DNA of 35,735 nt from a virus (taxonomy: Duplodnaviria; Caudoviricetes): positions 1 to 35,735 of IMG/VR virus record IMGVR_UViG_3300033067_001077. One strand, given 5' to 3'. The notes under the pieces were generated by a model. The model was not told the origin of the DNA. It worked only from the letters and a program-made list of their open reading frames with translations, and did not search any database. Made by a program: the position numbers and the translations under genes. This document shows positions 35,559-35,735 of this stretch, one piece after another (the first letter of the stretch is position 1; each line of letters opens with the position of its first letter).

Positions 35559-35661
35559 TGATGGATGTTGGTCACTCTGAAAATACGACATTTATGTAAG
35601 GTGTAAGGGTAAATACCCACCAATTCCCCTAGTTGAGTAAGTCCACCTGAAGGAGTGACCC

Positions 35662-35735
35662 ATGCCAAATCAAGATCATCCCATCTGGTTCATAGGTAAA
35701 GCATTAGTTATATTGGCTTTTGCTGCCTTATTTGC
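35662..35735 (+). CDS. membrane protein, 3'-truncated by window edge
   Basis: AAGGAG SD; MPNQDHPIWFIGKALVILAFAALF... Confidence 0.55.
   Translation, partial: MPNQDHPIWFIGKALVILAFAALF

Noticed and set aside
35164-35660. Tail assembly chaperone programmed frameshift after the tail tube gene
   Set aside because: No clear slippery heptamer near the end of 35229-35558, and no tape measure gene within the window to support it.
1-35735. Stop-codon reassignment, tRNA genes, integrase/att site
   Set aside because: Genes are full length under the standard code with dense packing; no cloverleaf or recombinase was recognised.

Overview
Part of a tailed dsDNA phage genome, probably a siphovirus, with every credible gene on the + strand. 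The host is probably a Planctomycetota bacterium; this is inferred from recalled protein types, not from a search. 1-16 kb is a replication/recombination module: ATP-dependent ligase, two HNH-AP2 homing endonucleases flanking a family-4 uracil-DNA glycosylase, PD-(D/E)xK exonuclease, MazG-like pyrophosphatase, Sak4-like ATPase, SSB, family A DNA polymerase and a TOPRIM primase fused to an AAA+ helicase. The terminase large subunit follows directly, far from the portal. A near-consensus sigma70 promoter inside a terminator-like hairpin (16.0 kb) precedes a secreted protein / trypsin-like protease / membrane coiled-coil trio in a lysis-like position. Next come ~11 kb of fibre and lectin genes, then portal, protease-scaffold-capsid fusion, head-tail and tail tube genes. 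Main oddities: (1) a strand-biased CCCCAGRR motif repeated inside coding sequence roughly every 1-2 kb of the core genome; (2) an apparently circularly permuted virion protein; (3) a candidate protease-based lysis cassette whose proteins share an FGL motif; (4) a ~70-aa module inserted into other domains, and once into itself, in the fibre proteins. All calls are by-eye motif recognition; no database searches were run.
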